Below, one piece after another: positions 38,026 through 51,136 of a stretch of DNA of 52,395 bases (within the stretch, counting starts at the first letter, position 1; the number at the start of each line of letters is the position of its first letter). This DNA comes from Octopus bimaculoides. Taxonomy: Eukaryota. The notes under the pieces are model-generated. The model was not told where the DNA came from and did not search any database. It saw only the letters and a list, made by a program, of their open reading frames with translations. Made by a program: the position numbers and the translations under genes. The DNA lies in assembly GCF_001194135.2 (NCBI RefSeq), contig NC_069005.1, positions 3,476,804-3,529,198 of the forward strand. The letters run 5' to 3'.

Positions 38026-39867
38026 NNNNNNNNNNNNNNNNNNNNNNNNNNNNNNNNNNNNNNNNNNNNNNNNNNNNNNNNNNNNNNNNNNNNNNNNNNN
38101 NNNNNNNNNNNNNNNNNNNNNNNNNNNNNNNNNNNNNNNNNNNNNNNNNNNNNNNNNNNNNNNNNNNNNNNNNNNNNNNNNNNNNNNNNNNNNNNNNNNN
38201 NNNNNNNNNNNNNNNNNNNNNNNNNNNNNNNNNNNNNNNNNNNNNNNNNNNNNNNNNNNNNNNNNNNNNNNNNNNNNNNNNNNNNNNNNNNNNNNNNNNN
38301 NNNNNNNNNNNNNNNNNNNNNNNNNNNNNNNNNNNNNNNNNNNNNNNNNNNNNNNNNNNNNNNNNNNNNNNNNNNNNNNNNNNNNNNNNNNNNNNNNNNN
38401 NNNNNNNNNNNNNNNNNNNNNNNNNNNNNNNNNNNNNNNNNNNNNNNNNNNNNNNNNNNNNNNNNNNNNNNNNNNNNNNNNNNNNNNNNNNNNNNNNNNN
38501 NNNNNNNNNNNNNNNNNNNNNNNNNNNNNNNNNNNNNNNNNNNNNNNNNNNNNNNNNNNNNNNNNNNNNNNNNNNNNNNNNNNNNNNNNNNNNNNNNNNN
38601 NNNNNNNNNNNNNNNNNNNNNNNNNNNNNNNNNNNNNNNNNNNNNNNNNNNNNNNNNNNNNNNNNNNNNNNNNNNNNNNNNNNNNNNATATATATATATA
38701 TTTATATACATATATATATGTGTGTGTGTGTGTGTGTGTTTGTGTGTATACATGGTGAGAGAGAGCGAAAGAGAGAGAGAGAGAGAATAAGATGAAAGAA
38801 AGGGAAACAGTAACAGACGGAGGAAAGAAAACGACCCATGATAGATTGTTTATAAATAATCTAAAGAATAAATTGGACAAGGCGAACTTGCATGCATGCA
38901 AAAATACATAACACATATATGCATACATACATAAATACATACATCAGTATATATGTATGTGCAAGTGTGTAAATATAACATACATATACGTATGCATAAG
39001 TATATAAATAACATATGTTTATATATACTCGTGTACATATGAATACGCTTTATAAATTTATACATATTTAGACATATATTTATACACACGCGCATATATA
39101 AATAATTTTATATATAGAAGCTTCTTGGGGGTTGTCTGCGAGTTATTGTTTACGTGTGTTGGAGAAAGAATGTGTGTATCGTTGTCTGTTTGTACTATTT
39201 GTATTCTTCAAACCAGAAGAATTGCATTTCCGATCATTTTTGATCAGTAAAAGTGTATCTGAAAATCTTTTTTCGTCTTACTCTCCTGAGCTGTTTCACG
39301 CGACAGTTAAACGAGTTAGACACTCTTTGTTGAATTTCATAACATACATCAAAAGGGCCTGACAAGACGAAGTTTTTTGATAATTCGTCGTTTGTATTTT
39401 ATACCCATACACAGATATATATACACACACACACACACACTCATATACAGCCGCACATTCGCACGTATGCAGTCACACACACACATATATACATATGTAT
39501 TGTTATGTATATATANNNNNNNNNNNNNNNNNNNNNNNNNNNNNNNNNNNNNNNNNNNNNNNNNNNNNNNNNNNNNNNNNNNNNNNNNNNNNNNNNNNNN
39601 NNNNNNNNNNNNNNNNNNNNNNNNNNNNNNNNNNNNNNNNNNNNNNNNNNNNNNNNNNNNNNNNNNNNNNNNNNNNNNNNNNNNNNNNNNNNNNNNNNNN
39701 NNNNNNNNNNNNNNNNNNNNNNNNNNNNNNNNNNNNNNNNNNNNNNNNNNNNNNNNNNNNNNNNNNNNNNNNNNNNNNNNNNNNNNNNNNNNNNNNNNNN
39801 NNNNNNNNNNNNNNNNNNNNNNNNNNNNNNNNNNNNNNNNNNNNNNNNNNNNNNNNNNNNNNNNNNN

Positions 39868-39914
<47 letters not shown>

Positions 39915-40619
39915 GCACACGCACATATACATATATATTAAAGGACTCGTATTAGTTATGAAGATACTAAATGATTTTAGTAATTATTTCACTGCATATG
40001 CAATTCGAATGCAGTTATAAACTAATTCATAAACCAAACCTAACGTAACTGCGACCTTTTAACAGCGTGGTTGAGAAAAAATTGTATCGAAACTTAACTT
40101 GCACAGATTATATTGGAATAGACGAAACAAACGTGAAATAAATTTGAACACAGCCGATACATGCCTATTATGTTTCGAATTACTTTTAATTCGCCGTAAG
40201 TAGGTTTTGCTATATAGATCTTTGATCATAAACGCTCATGGACATTACACGCTATTCTGTGCAACAGTTGTATTCATTGTTTTCTCAACCCTAAACCTCC
40301 GCCTGCTCTTTCTGGAAAGGAAGACTGGATTAATGAAAGAGATATAAATTTCAACTAGTTCTGTGATACGGGTGTTTTAGTTTGCTTGAAGCATTGGAGT
40401 ATCGAAGAAAGGAAAAATGAGTTCAAGTAAGAAAAGTTCTAAGGGATTTGAATGGAATTTGAATGGGTTAACGGAACTTGTATAACTAGACATTTGACAG
40501 ACAGATTTTCTTCTGAGGATAGGCATTTGCGCCTGAAATATTCAAGGTCTTGTGAAACTTACCGCACTGTTGGAAGCTTTCCTATTTTCATTTTTCTCTT
40601 CTTTGATATACCCATATAT

Positions 40620-40777
<158 letters not shown>

Positions 40778-42028
40778 TCTACTGGCCTTCAGCATGCAAT
40801 ATTACAATTTAGGTTTTGGTAGTGTATCTTCTTGTAAACCTTCAGGTTAGTAGGATGACAATTTTCATCGTTTAGCTTTCGTTTTTCTATAAAATCAGTC
40901 TGCTCTAATATATTTTCGACTTCTCTTCATCGTAAGCGATGCACATGATACATTTTCTACGCAACAGTAAAATATTTGCACAAATAGCAAGAGAATGAGT
41001 AAAGCAAACGAAAGCCAGATGAAAAAGAACTGATGAACCAGTCGCGCAATAAAATCCTATAATATCCCATATTTGATAATTTAGTAAAGGAAATTAAAAT
41101 TCTTTCCAAAATATATAGTGTAATGATGTATTACCCATGAAAAAGAAACCCGTAACGAGTTAAGTTAATGTAAACACATTTAATGCATTCGCGATGAAAG
41201 ACAGTAAAATGAAATGAATATGTACTGACAAAATAAAACTGCTTATGTTTTATTAGTTAATGACCGTTACTCTTTCCAATATGACTAAGTTCAACTCTGG
41301 ATACGTTTTGAAATATATATAAAATGGATCAGATGTTAATGACTATAGATAAAAATATGAAATAGTCGCGATATGTAATTTAATAAAACTTACTCAGTTC
41401 GTTAGAATTTTGCAGACAGGATGTAGGAAGCCATATTTACACGCGTAGTATACTTAGCTACAGTTTCTCATGCTTCAAAATGTTTTAAACACTCCTACGA
41501 TATTTCCATTAAACGACAGAATCATGAGACTTTAATGGTAATATAAAGGCACAAGCATGCACGGATACATATACACATGCTCACCAACGCACTTTTAGGT
41601 ATAATCATATATCATGTCAACATGTAATATCCAGGGAAACTCAACATAGAGAAATCTTAATAGAGTTCTAATAATTTGGACTTACACACCTGAGATTTCA
41701 TCGAGAACTAAGTCCGCAGGGTAAGGAGTGGCTATAAAATGACTTCAGCTGAGGTGTGATGGAGAAAATGATGCATACAAAATATACATACGTATGTAAA
41801 TACATATATATATATATATATANNNNNNNNNNNNNNNNNNNNNNNNNNNNNNNNNNNNNNNNNNNNNNNNNNNNNNNNNNNNNNNNNNNNNNNNNNNNNN
41901 NNNNNNNNNNNNNNNNNNNNNNNNNNNNNNNNNNNNNNNNNNNNNNNNNNNNNNNNNNNNNNNNNNNNNNNNNNNNNNNNNNNNNNNNNNNNNNNNNNNN
42001 NNNNNNNNNNNNNTATACGTACATACAT

Positions 42029-42097
<69 letters not shown>

Positions 42098-42844
42098 CAT
42101 ATATATAGTATCTCACACCCTGCAAATGTGACATTCGATGGAAGACACCGTATAATGAAGCAGCAATTTACAAATGGTACAACACATTGACATCAAGATA
42201 CAAAATTTTGAAAGACACTTATCTACAGAGACGAGTCACTTATGTAACGCACATGGATGGCAACAGTTGAAAATAATTTAGATTTATCTAAAGAAACTAG
42301 TAATTAATGAACACACGTCGCAGACATATATGTTATAAGTTCCTTATATAAGTTCAAAATAATTGCAACTGAATACATTCATATATAGGAAACAGTAAAA
42401 AAAAAACTAAAATAGCAAGCAAACCAAATATGTATGTACGGCTATCTTCGAAATGATTGTATTTGATTGATATGGCTGTAAAGTAGGTATCGTTTATAAT
42501 GGTTCAGTGATCATAGTGTATAAACATTCTTTATATGTTTATTTCAATGAAAATAATTGAGGTTGCTGCTAATTTAATGTTTTCAGCACAACTTCTGTAT
42601 GCACATGTATATGTATACGCACACTACATACACACACAAACATATATAATTATGCGTATGTATGTATATAGATATGAGTGTGTGTGTGCGTGTATGCACA
42701 CATGTATACAAAGTATGGGGGTCTAGTTCACAGGTGATCTAAACAATTAGGTACGCTAGGTAAGTTCTGTAAAGGACAACTGGAGCTCTAAAGTAATATC
42801 CGAGACGGTAGTTATGGAGCCATTGCAGATTTCCCACGCAACAG

Positions 42845-42990
42845 ATATATAATTATTAAACAGGACAGCAACCGTTAAAGCAAGACAAACAACTCAAGTC
42901 GTATACAATATTATCATAGGAATTTTTTCCTATTATAATATTGTACACGATTTTCCTTAGTGTTTTCTGTCCTGTTTAACAATTAAATAT
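42845..42990. repeat. 146-bp fold-back/MITE-like palindrome
   Basis: atatataattattaaacaggacag vs ctgtcctgtttaacaattaaatat (22/24 complementary); inner tcgtatacaatattatcataggaa vs ttcctattataatattgtacacga (22/24), with a very short T loop. Confidence 0.85.
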
Positions 42991-43206
42991 GTATGTGTAC
43001 GTATGTATGTATACATACATGCATACATCGTTGTATACATATATCAATAGTTGGCAGTCCACCACAAATTCTGCCCTTGATTTTTCATGAATAAATGAAA
43101 GCCAAATGAAAGCGGTCTTATTTTAAATACTAGAAAACTACTTCCTCTTCTCCTAGCCTCAGAACTCAAATTAAATCTAGATTCTGCAGTTTTGATATCA
43201 TGGAAG

Positions 43207-43224
43207 TATGTAAGTTTGCATAGT

Positions 43225-43261
<37 letters not shown>

Positions 43262-43262
43262 A

Positions 43263-43297
<35 letters not shown>

Positions 43298-43318
43298 ATA
43301 TATATATATCCATCTATC

Positions 43319-43391
<73 letters not shown>
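43207..43391. repeat. (TATC)n microsatellite running into an N-gap
   Basis: Directly visible. Confidence 0.97.
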
Positions 43392-44358
43392 NNNNNNNNN
43401 NNNNNNNNNNNNNNNNNNNNNNNNNNNNNNNNNNNNNNNNNNNNNNNNNNNNNNNNNNNNNNNNNNNNNNNNNNNNNNNNNNNNNNNNNNNNNNNNNNNN
43501 NNNNNNNNNNNNNNNNNNNATATATATATATATATATATAACTGATTATAGTTATATATGTGTGTGTGTGTAATTGCCTGCGTGTACTTGTGTGTGTGTA
43601 TTTGAGTATATATGCGTGTGTTAAAATTCGGAGGAGAATAGCAATCAAAAGGGGATTCTATACGAATTGAGTATAAATGTAAGCAAAATTATGTATATAA
43701 GAAGGGAAGAAATATAACAAAGCTGGAAAATGAAATGAAAATAAAGTTAGAAAAATATTCAAGAAACACGAAGAAGAAATTTCGAAAAAGGATAGAAGTT
43801 GGAAGTAAAAGAGAGAATACTTCTGTGTCATAGGATAACAGAAAATAAAATTCTATTCGATGCCATAACTTTATGGAGAAAGGGAGAATTTCTTCGGAAA
43901 TGGATATGGAATCGATTAGGCAAAGAAAAAAAAAACGGTTTGGATTACATAAGTAATTGATGAAATGATAGTGAAAGAATTTGGCAAGAAGCCTTATAAA
44001 GAAATAGTATGTTAATTAGGAAGAAAATAAGTGAAATTAAGGTTTACTGTTATGTCAATAGCTGAGTGAATGGAGTAAAATGGAGGAATGAACATGGAAG
44101 AACTTATTGAGGAACGGTGGAAAGATAGGAAGGAGAGTGAATGAAGCAAGATTTCCAAAGAGCTGAATCCATATGTGTGTATTGAGTGTTGAAGTGTAAG
44201 GACGAAAACCTGGCATTTCAAGACATTTACAGATACGTGAAGGAGAAGAGTAAAAATAAACGAAATAAACCTAAATTCAGTGGCGTTGATACGCATACAC
44301 GTATGTGCGTATGTGCATTTGCGTATGTGTTTGAATACGCATATATAAATAGATATCG

Positions 44359-44394
<36 letters not shown>

Positions 44395-45600
44395 NNNNNN
44401 NNNNNNNNNNNNNNNNNNNNNNNNNNNNNNNNNNNNNNNNNNNNNNNNNNNNNNNNNNNNNNNNNNNNNNNNNNNNNNNNNNNNNNNNNNNNNNNNNNNN
44501 NNNNNNNNNNNNNNNNNNNNNNNNNNNNNNNNNNNNNNNNNNNNNNNNNNNNNNNNNNNNNNNNNNNNNNNNNNNNNNNNNNNNNNNNNNNNNNNNNNNN
44601 NNNNNNNNNNNNNNNNNNNNNNNNNNNNNNNNNNNNNNNNNNNNNNNNNNNNNNNNNNNNNNNNNNNNNNNNNNNNNNNNNNNNNNNNNNNNNNNNNNNN
44701 NNNNNNNNNNNNNNNNNNNNNNNNNNNNNATATATATATATATATATATAACGAAATGTAATATTACAAAAATATCATGAAACCATGCAATTTTAAACTG
44801 AACGCATTCATTAAGGAAATTCGTTGTTGTTATTAAATTATAGAAACTGGGGTCTGAGTTTATTAATACATTTTAGTCCCTTATGAAGTACCTTTGAAAT
44901 GATACACTGTTACTTCAGAGCCTTTAGCACAATTCATAGTTGGAAAGAAATTTAAATATTCCTTCGATAAATTATTTATAGAATTTCAAGACTCTCTGCA
45001 TCCCCAAAATATTGCGAAAAAATTTCCAAAAAGTTCAATCCATCAAATTGCAAAAAATAGCCTTTAGGTTTAATAAAATCTGGTAGATTTTATTTGCTTG
45101 GGTGGAGACGACTCTAAATTAATTTATACCTGGAAGTCAAGTTCATGTGCAGTAACTTTCTAGAATAATATCTGTTAAATTCTACCGTAGACAAGAAGTA
45201 ACTTTAGTATCTAAATGTTATCATGATTTACCTCAGATGTGCTGTGGAGGAAGAATTTTGTTTACTTTAAGTTGCCTCAAGGAGTATGTATGTGTCGTTC
45301 CTCATAATGGTGTCTTATTTTAAACGTACATATGTTTCTTTACTTTCCTAGGGGAGCATTGATTTAACGTATCAAGACCTCAGTGAAGTCTTTGTCGTAA
45401 CGTCGGCAAGATATGAGGTTGACATAACGTATATGAGGTCGGTTGAACTGCAGAATGTCTCTGTTGGAGATGTTTTTTTTGTGCCGTAACACATTTATTC
45501 GAAATTGAGAGGAAGAACGAAGATATATTTCAACATCATTCGCAGGGATCTGCTCTGCTTTAATTTTAAGATGGTTTACAGCCATTGCCTGCCACAGAAG

Positions 45601-45635
<35 letters not shown>

Positions 45636-45680
45636 GTGTATGTATGTATGTATGTATGTATGTATGTATGTATGTATATA
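45601..45680. repeat. (TATG)n microsatellite
   Basis: Directly visible. Confidence 0.95.
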
Positions 45681-45779
45681 TATGCAAATACAATATCCCT
45701 ACATATCTCACATCTATTTTCTTTCCTCCACTTCACTCTCTATTTCGTATCTTATCTAAATTAACTATTACTTAACCAT

Positions 45780-46049
45780 CCTCTCACACCGTCTCCGATG
45801 AAGGAATATAACAAATGTCCTGGAAACAGCTGTAAGACATTCTATTTATAAATGTTCTAAAATCTACAAAGCCTTTGTTTTTTTTTTATCTCATTCCGAA
45901 AAGTAAATCTGTACATACACACGCTGATATATAACCTACGTTGGACCCCTTATTCGCATAATGACAAAACTTGGAGCTTAACTGTGGTCTATCCATAGCA
46001 ATTACTCAGCATTACCTGACACCGTTAGGTCTCATTGACACCACTACCG
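45780..46049 (+). mobile_element. Hammerhead-bearing repeat (Penelope-like pLTR or retrozyme-like non-autonomous element)
   Basis: The hammerhead is followed by ~200 bp that recur at 2430-2822. Minimal type-I hammerheads are an established feature of Penelope-like element pLTRs. Confidence 0.55.
45791..45838 (+). ncRNA. Degenerate minimal type-I hammerhead ribozyme motif
   Basis: Stem I GTCT/AGAC; core CCGATGA (consensus CUGAUGA, U4 changed to C); stem II AGGA...TCCT plus an extra G; GAAA; stem III AC-AGCT-GT with a palindromic loop; GTA cleavage triplet at 45832-45834. Confidence 0.6.
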
Positions 46050-47489
46050 CTCATAACCTAGTCGCATTTAGTGTCACGTGCGCTTGTTTGTGTGTGCGCT
46101 TGTTTGTGTGTGCGCGTGTATGTGTCCTTGTGCGTATCTGTGTGTCTGTGTCAATGTTTTCTCGAGTTCGTCGACATGAAGTTTTCTCAACCACCACTTG
46201 GATGTCTTAGGCTGATTCAGTTATGCCCCGATTATAATAGTTTTGGCTGAATGAAACCTCTATCTTTTGCTTTTGCCTGTATGATCTAAATTTCGGTACT
46301 TTCGCCGGTCCTCACAGCAATGTTGTCTGCTATTGTACTGACCGCAATGAAAAATTGGTATTGTGATTGATAAAATGATAGCATTAATTGAATGAGGTAG
46401 ATTTACATGCCTGCACTACTACCCAAGATATGCTGCTTGCTGAATAAGCTAACGATTTATATTATTAGCTTGCGTTTCTCTATTGAAAACTGATTTAATA
46501 AGTTATATGTGTTCCGCCGTACCGACAACATCTGCCGCATAAATATTCCAAATCTATGAGAATTAAACGGATCTAAAATACAAATAAATGTTGCTATGTG
46601 TTACAAAGTGAAATTATATTTCCTTTCATGCCAAATCGCTGCGAGAATTGCAATTTTAGAGATCGTTTTAATATTGCTTCCCACAAGCTATAGCGAAAAC
46701 GACAAACGGAAACGCGATTGCTCATTTTGCAGCGAAATGTTGGAATACACATTAGCACACATCCTTCAAAGATATAATCGCACGTGAACATGAAAATACA
46801 TAAATGTATACGCTCATACACTCGTAGACAATCATTTACGTGCACAAACACTCTGATACAGGAAAACATACAAGTTCTCCCAGAACAAGAAATACACGCA
46901 TTTGCAAATATAATAACGCAGTTAGAGTGATACACACACATACACAAAACACAATCCTATTCAAAAAGAAATACACACAAACATTGAAAAGAATCGCAAT
47001 CACTGCACATACACCCACACACAAACTCGCTAAAACACACACATAAAACATACAAACATATAAAAGCATAAACTTCAATGCATAAACATACGAACAAATT
47101 ACAAGACAAAAATGTAAGCAGTACCTCCATATAAATATTAATATACACAGAAAGGTATGGGAATAAAGGAGATATCATTACATGGATGTATGTATGTATG
47201 TATGTTGGAATACACATATGAAACCAGGAAGTTGAAAATAAATTGAATGATAGAAAAGCGTTACAGTTATTACTTCGTATGATAAATTTTCGGTTTAAAA
47301 TATTCACACAAACACTCGGCTAGCCCTAAAAATGCTTAGAATTGAACGCAGAAGTTTCTATTTAAATTGAAATCAAATCATGCAATGGTGTAGGAACAGT
47401 CTTCGGGATTTGTAACTGGAGTGTGTAATAGAAAAGATGACCAAATACGAAGATCTTGAAGATGTACATTGGCAGAGTGAAGATGGTCA

Positions 47490-47880
47490 ACAAAAACTCA
47501 AAAGAACAGAACCAATGAGATACACTCTGCATACAAGCAACAGTCTGTTCTGCCTACATATGGAATAATGGTAAAACCGACGACGACAACGCATAAGAGT
47601 TATCTGCCAATGTTGTACACATCGCAACATCGCCATCAAGGTGCGGACCCAAATACTGAAATAGCTTCGGATTCAAGGGCCCACGGCTCTTCAATAGCCT
47701 CGTAAAAAAACCTGACTAACCTGTATGGGATGCATATAGGTGTATTGAAAGTAAAACTGGTGTCTCTCCCATCAAGAGCTCCGGGTGCTCTTTGCTCACA
47801 GCAGGAAACGCAGATAAAGGCGGCAGATTCAATCACCCTCCTTCACCAAATGCCACGAATCAGAGGGGATTTCATGTATT
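47490..47880 (+). mobile_element. CR1/L2-type LINE 3' fragment, frameshifted
   Basis: PSRCGPKY*NSFGFKGPRLFNSL / NLTNLYGMHIGVLKVKL..., a typical C-terminus of CR1-group RTs; homologous to 3430-3832 on the opposite strand (ttcaagggccca shared). Confidence 0.85.
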
Positions 47881-48219
47881 GAAGTTGTATGAAAGCACAC
47901 ACAGATTCTCAACAGCATGACCGCAGCTCTCGAACTGAAACTATTTTAAAAGCTTAAGAGTTATCCAATATTGTAGGCAGATTCATTAATGTTAATCTTT
48001 TCGTAAATTAATGCAGTCTCGTTCGCATTCAAGGACAAATCAAGAATTGTCGTACATCATACAGTTAGGTAGAGGCAGTCACATTATTCCGTTTCCAAAA
48101 GTTGCATTGTTGTATTAGATGTCATCGAAATCCAGAGTATTTCTAATCTGAAATTGAATACGATTTAGCTACGGGTAAACCATGAATTTTCCTGAATAAA
48201 TATTGGTATTGGTTTTAAA

Positions 48220-48290
48220 TATGGGCGCAAGGCCACTATTTTAGGAGAGATGGATAAGTCGATCACATAGACTCCCGCACTCGATCTCAT
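48220..48290 (-). mobile_element. Degenerate SINE 3' fragment
   Basis: ggcgcaaggccactattttaggagagatggataagtcgatcacatagactccc, the reverse complement of the family at 17405-17480. Confidence 0.6.
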
Positions 48291-49934
48291 TATTTGTTTA
48301 CATCTGAAGTATCGTATACGAAACGTAGTAACAAAAATCAGTGCTGGTTGTAATTTGTATAGAATATCTGTAGAGATAGCCTTAAAAAGTGGTGTAGGAG
48401 CAAGCGCACTGCTGGCACAGGAGAAAGTGATATCTACTTAAAAAACGTTTGCTATTTCTTATATTATATTACGGTTGCATAACAAAATACCCCGTACCTA
48501 CAAGTCATTAGTAAGAATTCCCTGGGGCGTCTGACTTTTACTCCAATTACACAGACCTAATATTCACAGTTATTTGAACAATGAAAATCTTATATTTTAG
48601 GAATATAAGGTAATGTAATGTACCACTTGTGTCAGATTTGGTTGCTATTTCTTGCAGGTGAAAGAGGCTATCGTGTCTCAGACATTACATCGTTGAAGAC
48701 CTTGTAAAATACGCGGGTGAAAGAGATTCAGTAAAGCTACACATGCTTATTTCTCCACTAGCATTATAAATCGAAAAGGTATTGTTTATTTGATTGGTTT
48801 CCAGTTTATTTCTTGTGCTATGGTTCTCGGCGAAAAATATTGGTTTTCTTTCAGTATTTCCTGGAACCTAATATTTACAAACGAGAAAAAGTAGGATGTT
48901 TCTATGTTACAGTTCATTACAGGGGCTTAAATACTATAGCATGATAAGATAACTGGAAGCCAAATGTAAATTTAGCTCTTTTATGCTCACTACACTTGCC
49001 CTTAAATATATAGATATCAGCCCGTTTGACCTCTTCATTGAAAGCGAAATCTATATTTCGTAATGCCAGGAGAAATATATAATACGAAACAAATGTTTGT
49101 TGCCTTGAAATACATCAATATTCCGCCTGCAGTGGAATTGAACATACAATTCATGAACTGGTCGATCCAATATTTTATTTATTCTACAATATCGCTTATA
49201 TATTTTGCAATTCATATACTAATGTATAAATGTATTGGAGGCTTACATTTACATTTCAAGTAGACATTTAGTAATATCATATTCTGTCTATCTCTCTTGA
49301 AAATGCTACCGTATAATAGACGGACGATATTTTATGTAGATGCAAATATTATAGATTAGTTGATATTTCAGATAGTTAAGTGAGTGAAAACATATCTACT
49401 GGTTAGACCATTAAGAAACAGAACCTTCAATAAGATCTGATATATTGTTAAAGAAAATATAATGTTAGTTGATAATTATAAATTTTATTCTGCCCGGCAT
49501 GTTGAGTATTGGAGTGTCATGATTTGTAATGCACTACGGGGAGACATCGCAGATATCTTAGAAATCTTTTAAATAAGGAACAACGATTCGAGTGTCACAA
49601 TTAAGCAAGAATATCTACGGAGCGATATTGGAGATATAATCGTAACTTTTCATAAAATGAAAGAGCAATATATATANNNNNNNNNNNNNNNNNNNNNNNN
49701 NNNNNNNNNNNNNNNNNNNNNNNNNNNNNNNNNNNNNNNNNNNNNNNNNNNNNNNNNNNNNNNNNNNNNNNNNNNNNNNTATATATATATATATTGTATA
49801 ATTTGCATTCAACGAACATAAATGTACAAACTATCGAAAATACAATGAAAATCATTATAAGAATAAATCAAATTGATATATACTAACAAAGTTTATACAT
49901 CAAAATACAATGAGGTCCATTAATAAAACATGGA

Positions 49935-50140
49935 GTCTGTGATTGTCCGACCACCAGCGATTGACAACCGGTGTTGATGTGTTTGTGTCACCTTAACTTA
50001 GAGTTTCAGCTAAAAGACCGATAGAAAAAGTACCAGGCTAAAATATTAGTACCGGGATCCTTTTGTTCATTCGACTCGAAATTAAAAATATTCAAGGCGG
50101 TGCCCCAATATGGCTGCAACCTAATGGCTGCAAAAGCATG
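49935..50140 (+). mobile_element. SINE 3' half
   Basis: ttgacaaccggtgttgatgtg...aagaccgatagaaaaagtaccaggct...aaggcggtgccccaatatggctgca; it overlaps the family at 34300-34355. Confidence 0.8.
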
Positions 50141-51064
50141 AGAAAGATAGGTCTGTATGTATGTATGTTTGCGTGTGCGTGTGTGTTTCTGCATTCGTGT
50201 ATGTTTATATATAGAGAGAAAAAGTGCGAATAGGATAAAGATAGATGTGTTCTGATAAATTTGATGCTTGTTTCTCATTTTTAAAAGTGAATTGTTTGCA
50301 TAATTTCAAATTCAAATGAGTTGTGTGATATATTTCGAACCCGAATCAAAATTCTGGAAAGAAAGCTTAGGGATAAATCGCGGATACTTTAAAAGCAGAA
50401 TCAATATCGGAAAACCATTTTGTTTAAAGTTCCTTTAATCACAAAACCTTCATTTCTGTTCACGGGTCTTTTTTTTTCTTCTTATTTTCATATGAAAAAT
50501 TTCATGAAATTATTAAATGCATAGGCATATTTCATTCTTATCAACTTGACATTAAAATAGAAACTAGCGACTCAAAAGATGTTTAATAAAAAAGAAATTA
50601 ATAAGGACTCTTTTGATTTTATTTTAAATGTTTTTAATGGCGAACATCTTCGGGAATAATATTGCAATCGATCATAACCCACAGCTGGGATCGTGTTACG
50701 TCGTTATTGATACAGATATGGAGAAAATCGTCTTTTTGTCTCATGTAATAGTTCTCTAGCTCAGTGAGGCAATCGTTCAAACGTTAATGTTGCGTCTGCG
50801 CATATATGCCTATGTACATGTGAGTGAATATGTCAAATCATCTAAATTGCTTAGCCTGGAGGAAGAGGCTCTTCAAGTAGTCTTTACGGGCAGCAAATAA
50901 TTCTATAACTATTATCGTTTTAGAAGAAATATATGCAGACGAAGTGGTAGTTGTAGAGAATGGGAACAGCCACTGCATACGGACGACAGGGGGTGTGGTG
51001 TGTCAGGTAGGTCAGCGTGCACAGGATTCGGAATCGGATAATTCCTAAGACCAGAATCCACGGC

Positions 51065-51136
51065 ATGATATCTGAAAACTATATCTGGCCCATTGTCCTT
51101 AATTTCTCTATCTGTGTGTATTGTCATATCCCAAAT
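51065..51136 (-). mobile_element. Fragment of an R4/Dong-like non-LTR retrotransposon (restriction-like endonuclease region)
   Basis: IWDMTIHTDREIKDNGPDIVFRYH resembles the ILWDxxIxTDxxIxANRPDIV motif that leads into the PD..D REL endonuclease of R4/Dong-type elements. Confidence 0.7.

Noticed and set aside
42109-42270. Open frame RWKTPYNEAAIYKWYNTL resembling a transposase HTH
   Set aside because: The similarity is too short and no TIR or catalytic motif lies nearby.
43640-44300. Purine-rich stretch with LWRKGEFLRKW, resembling a LINE RT N-terminal motif
   Set aside because: It is one weak motif among many stops; it is probably an old LINE but cannot be supported.
46630-46695. CENC...H zinc-finger-like peptide
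   Set aside because: The second His is absent, a stop follows and there is no exon boundary.
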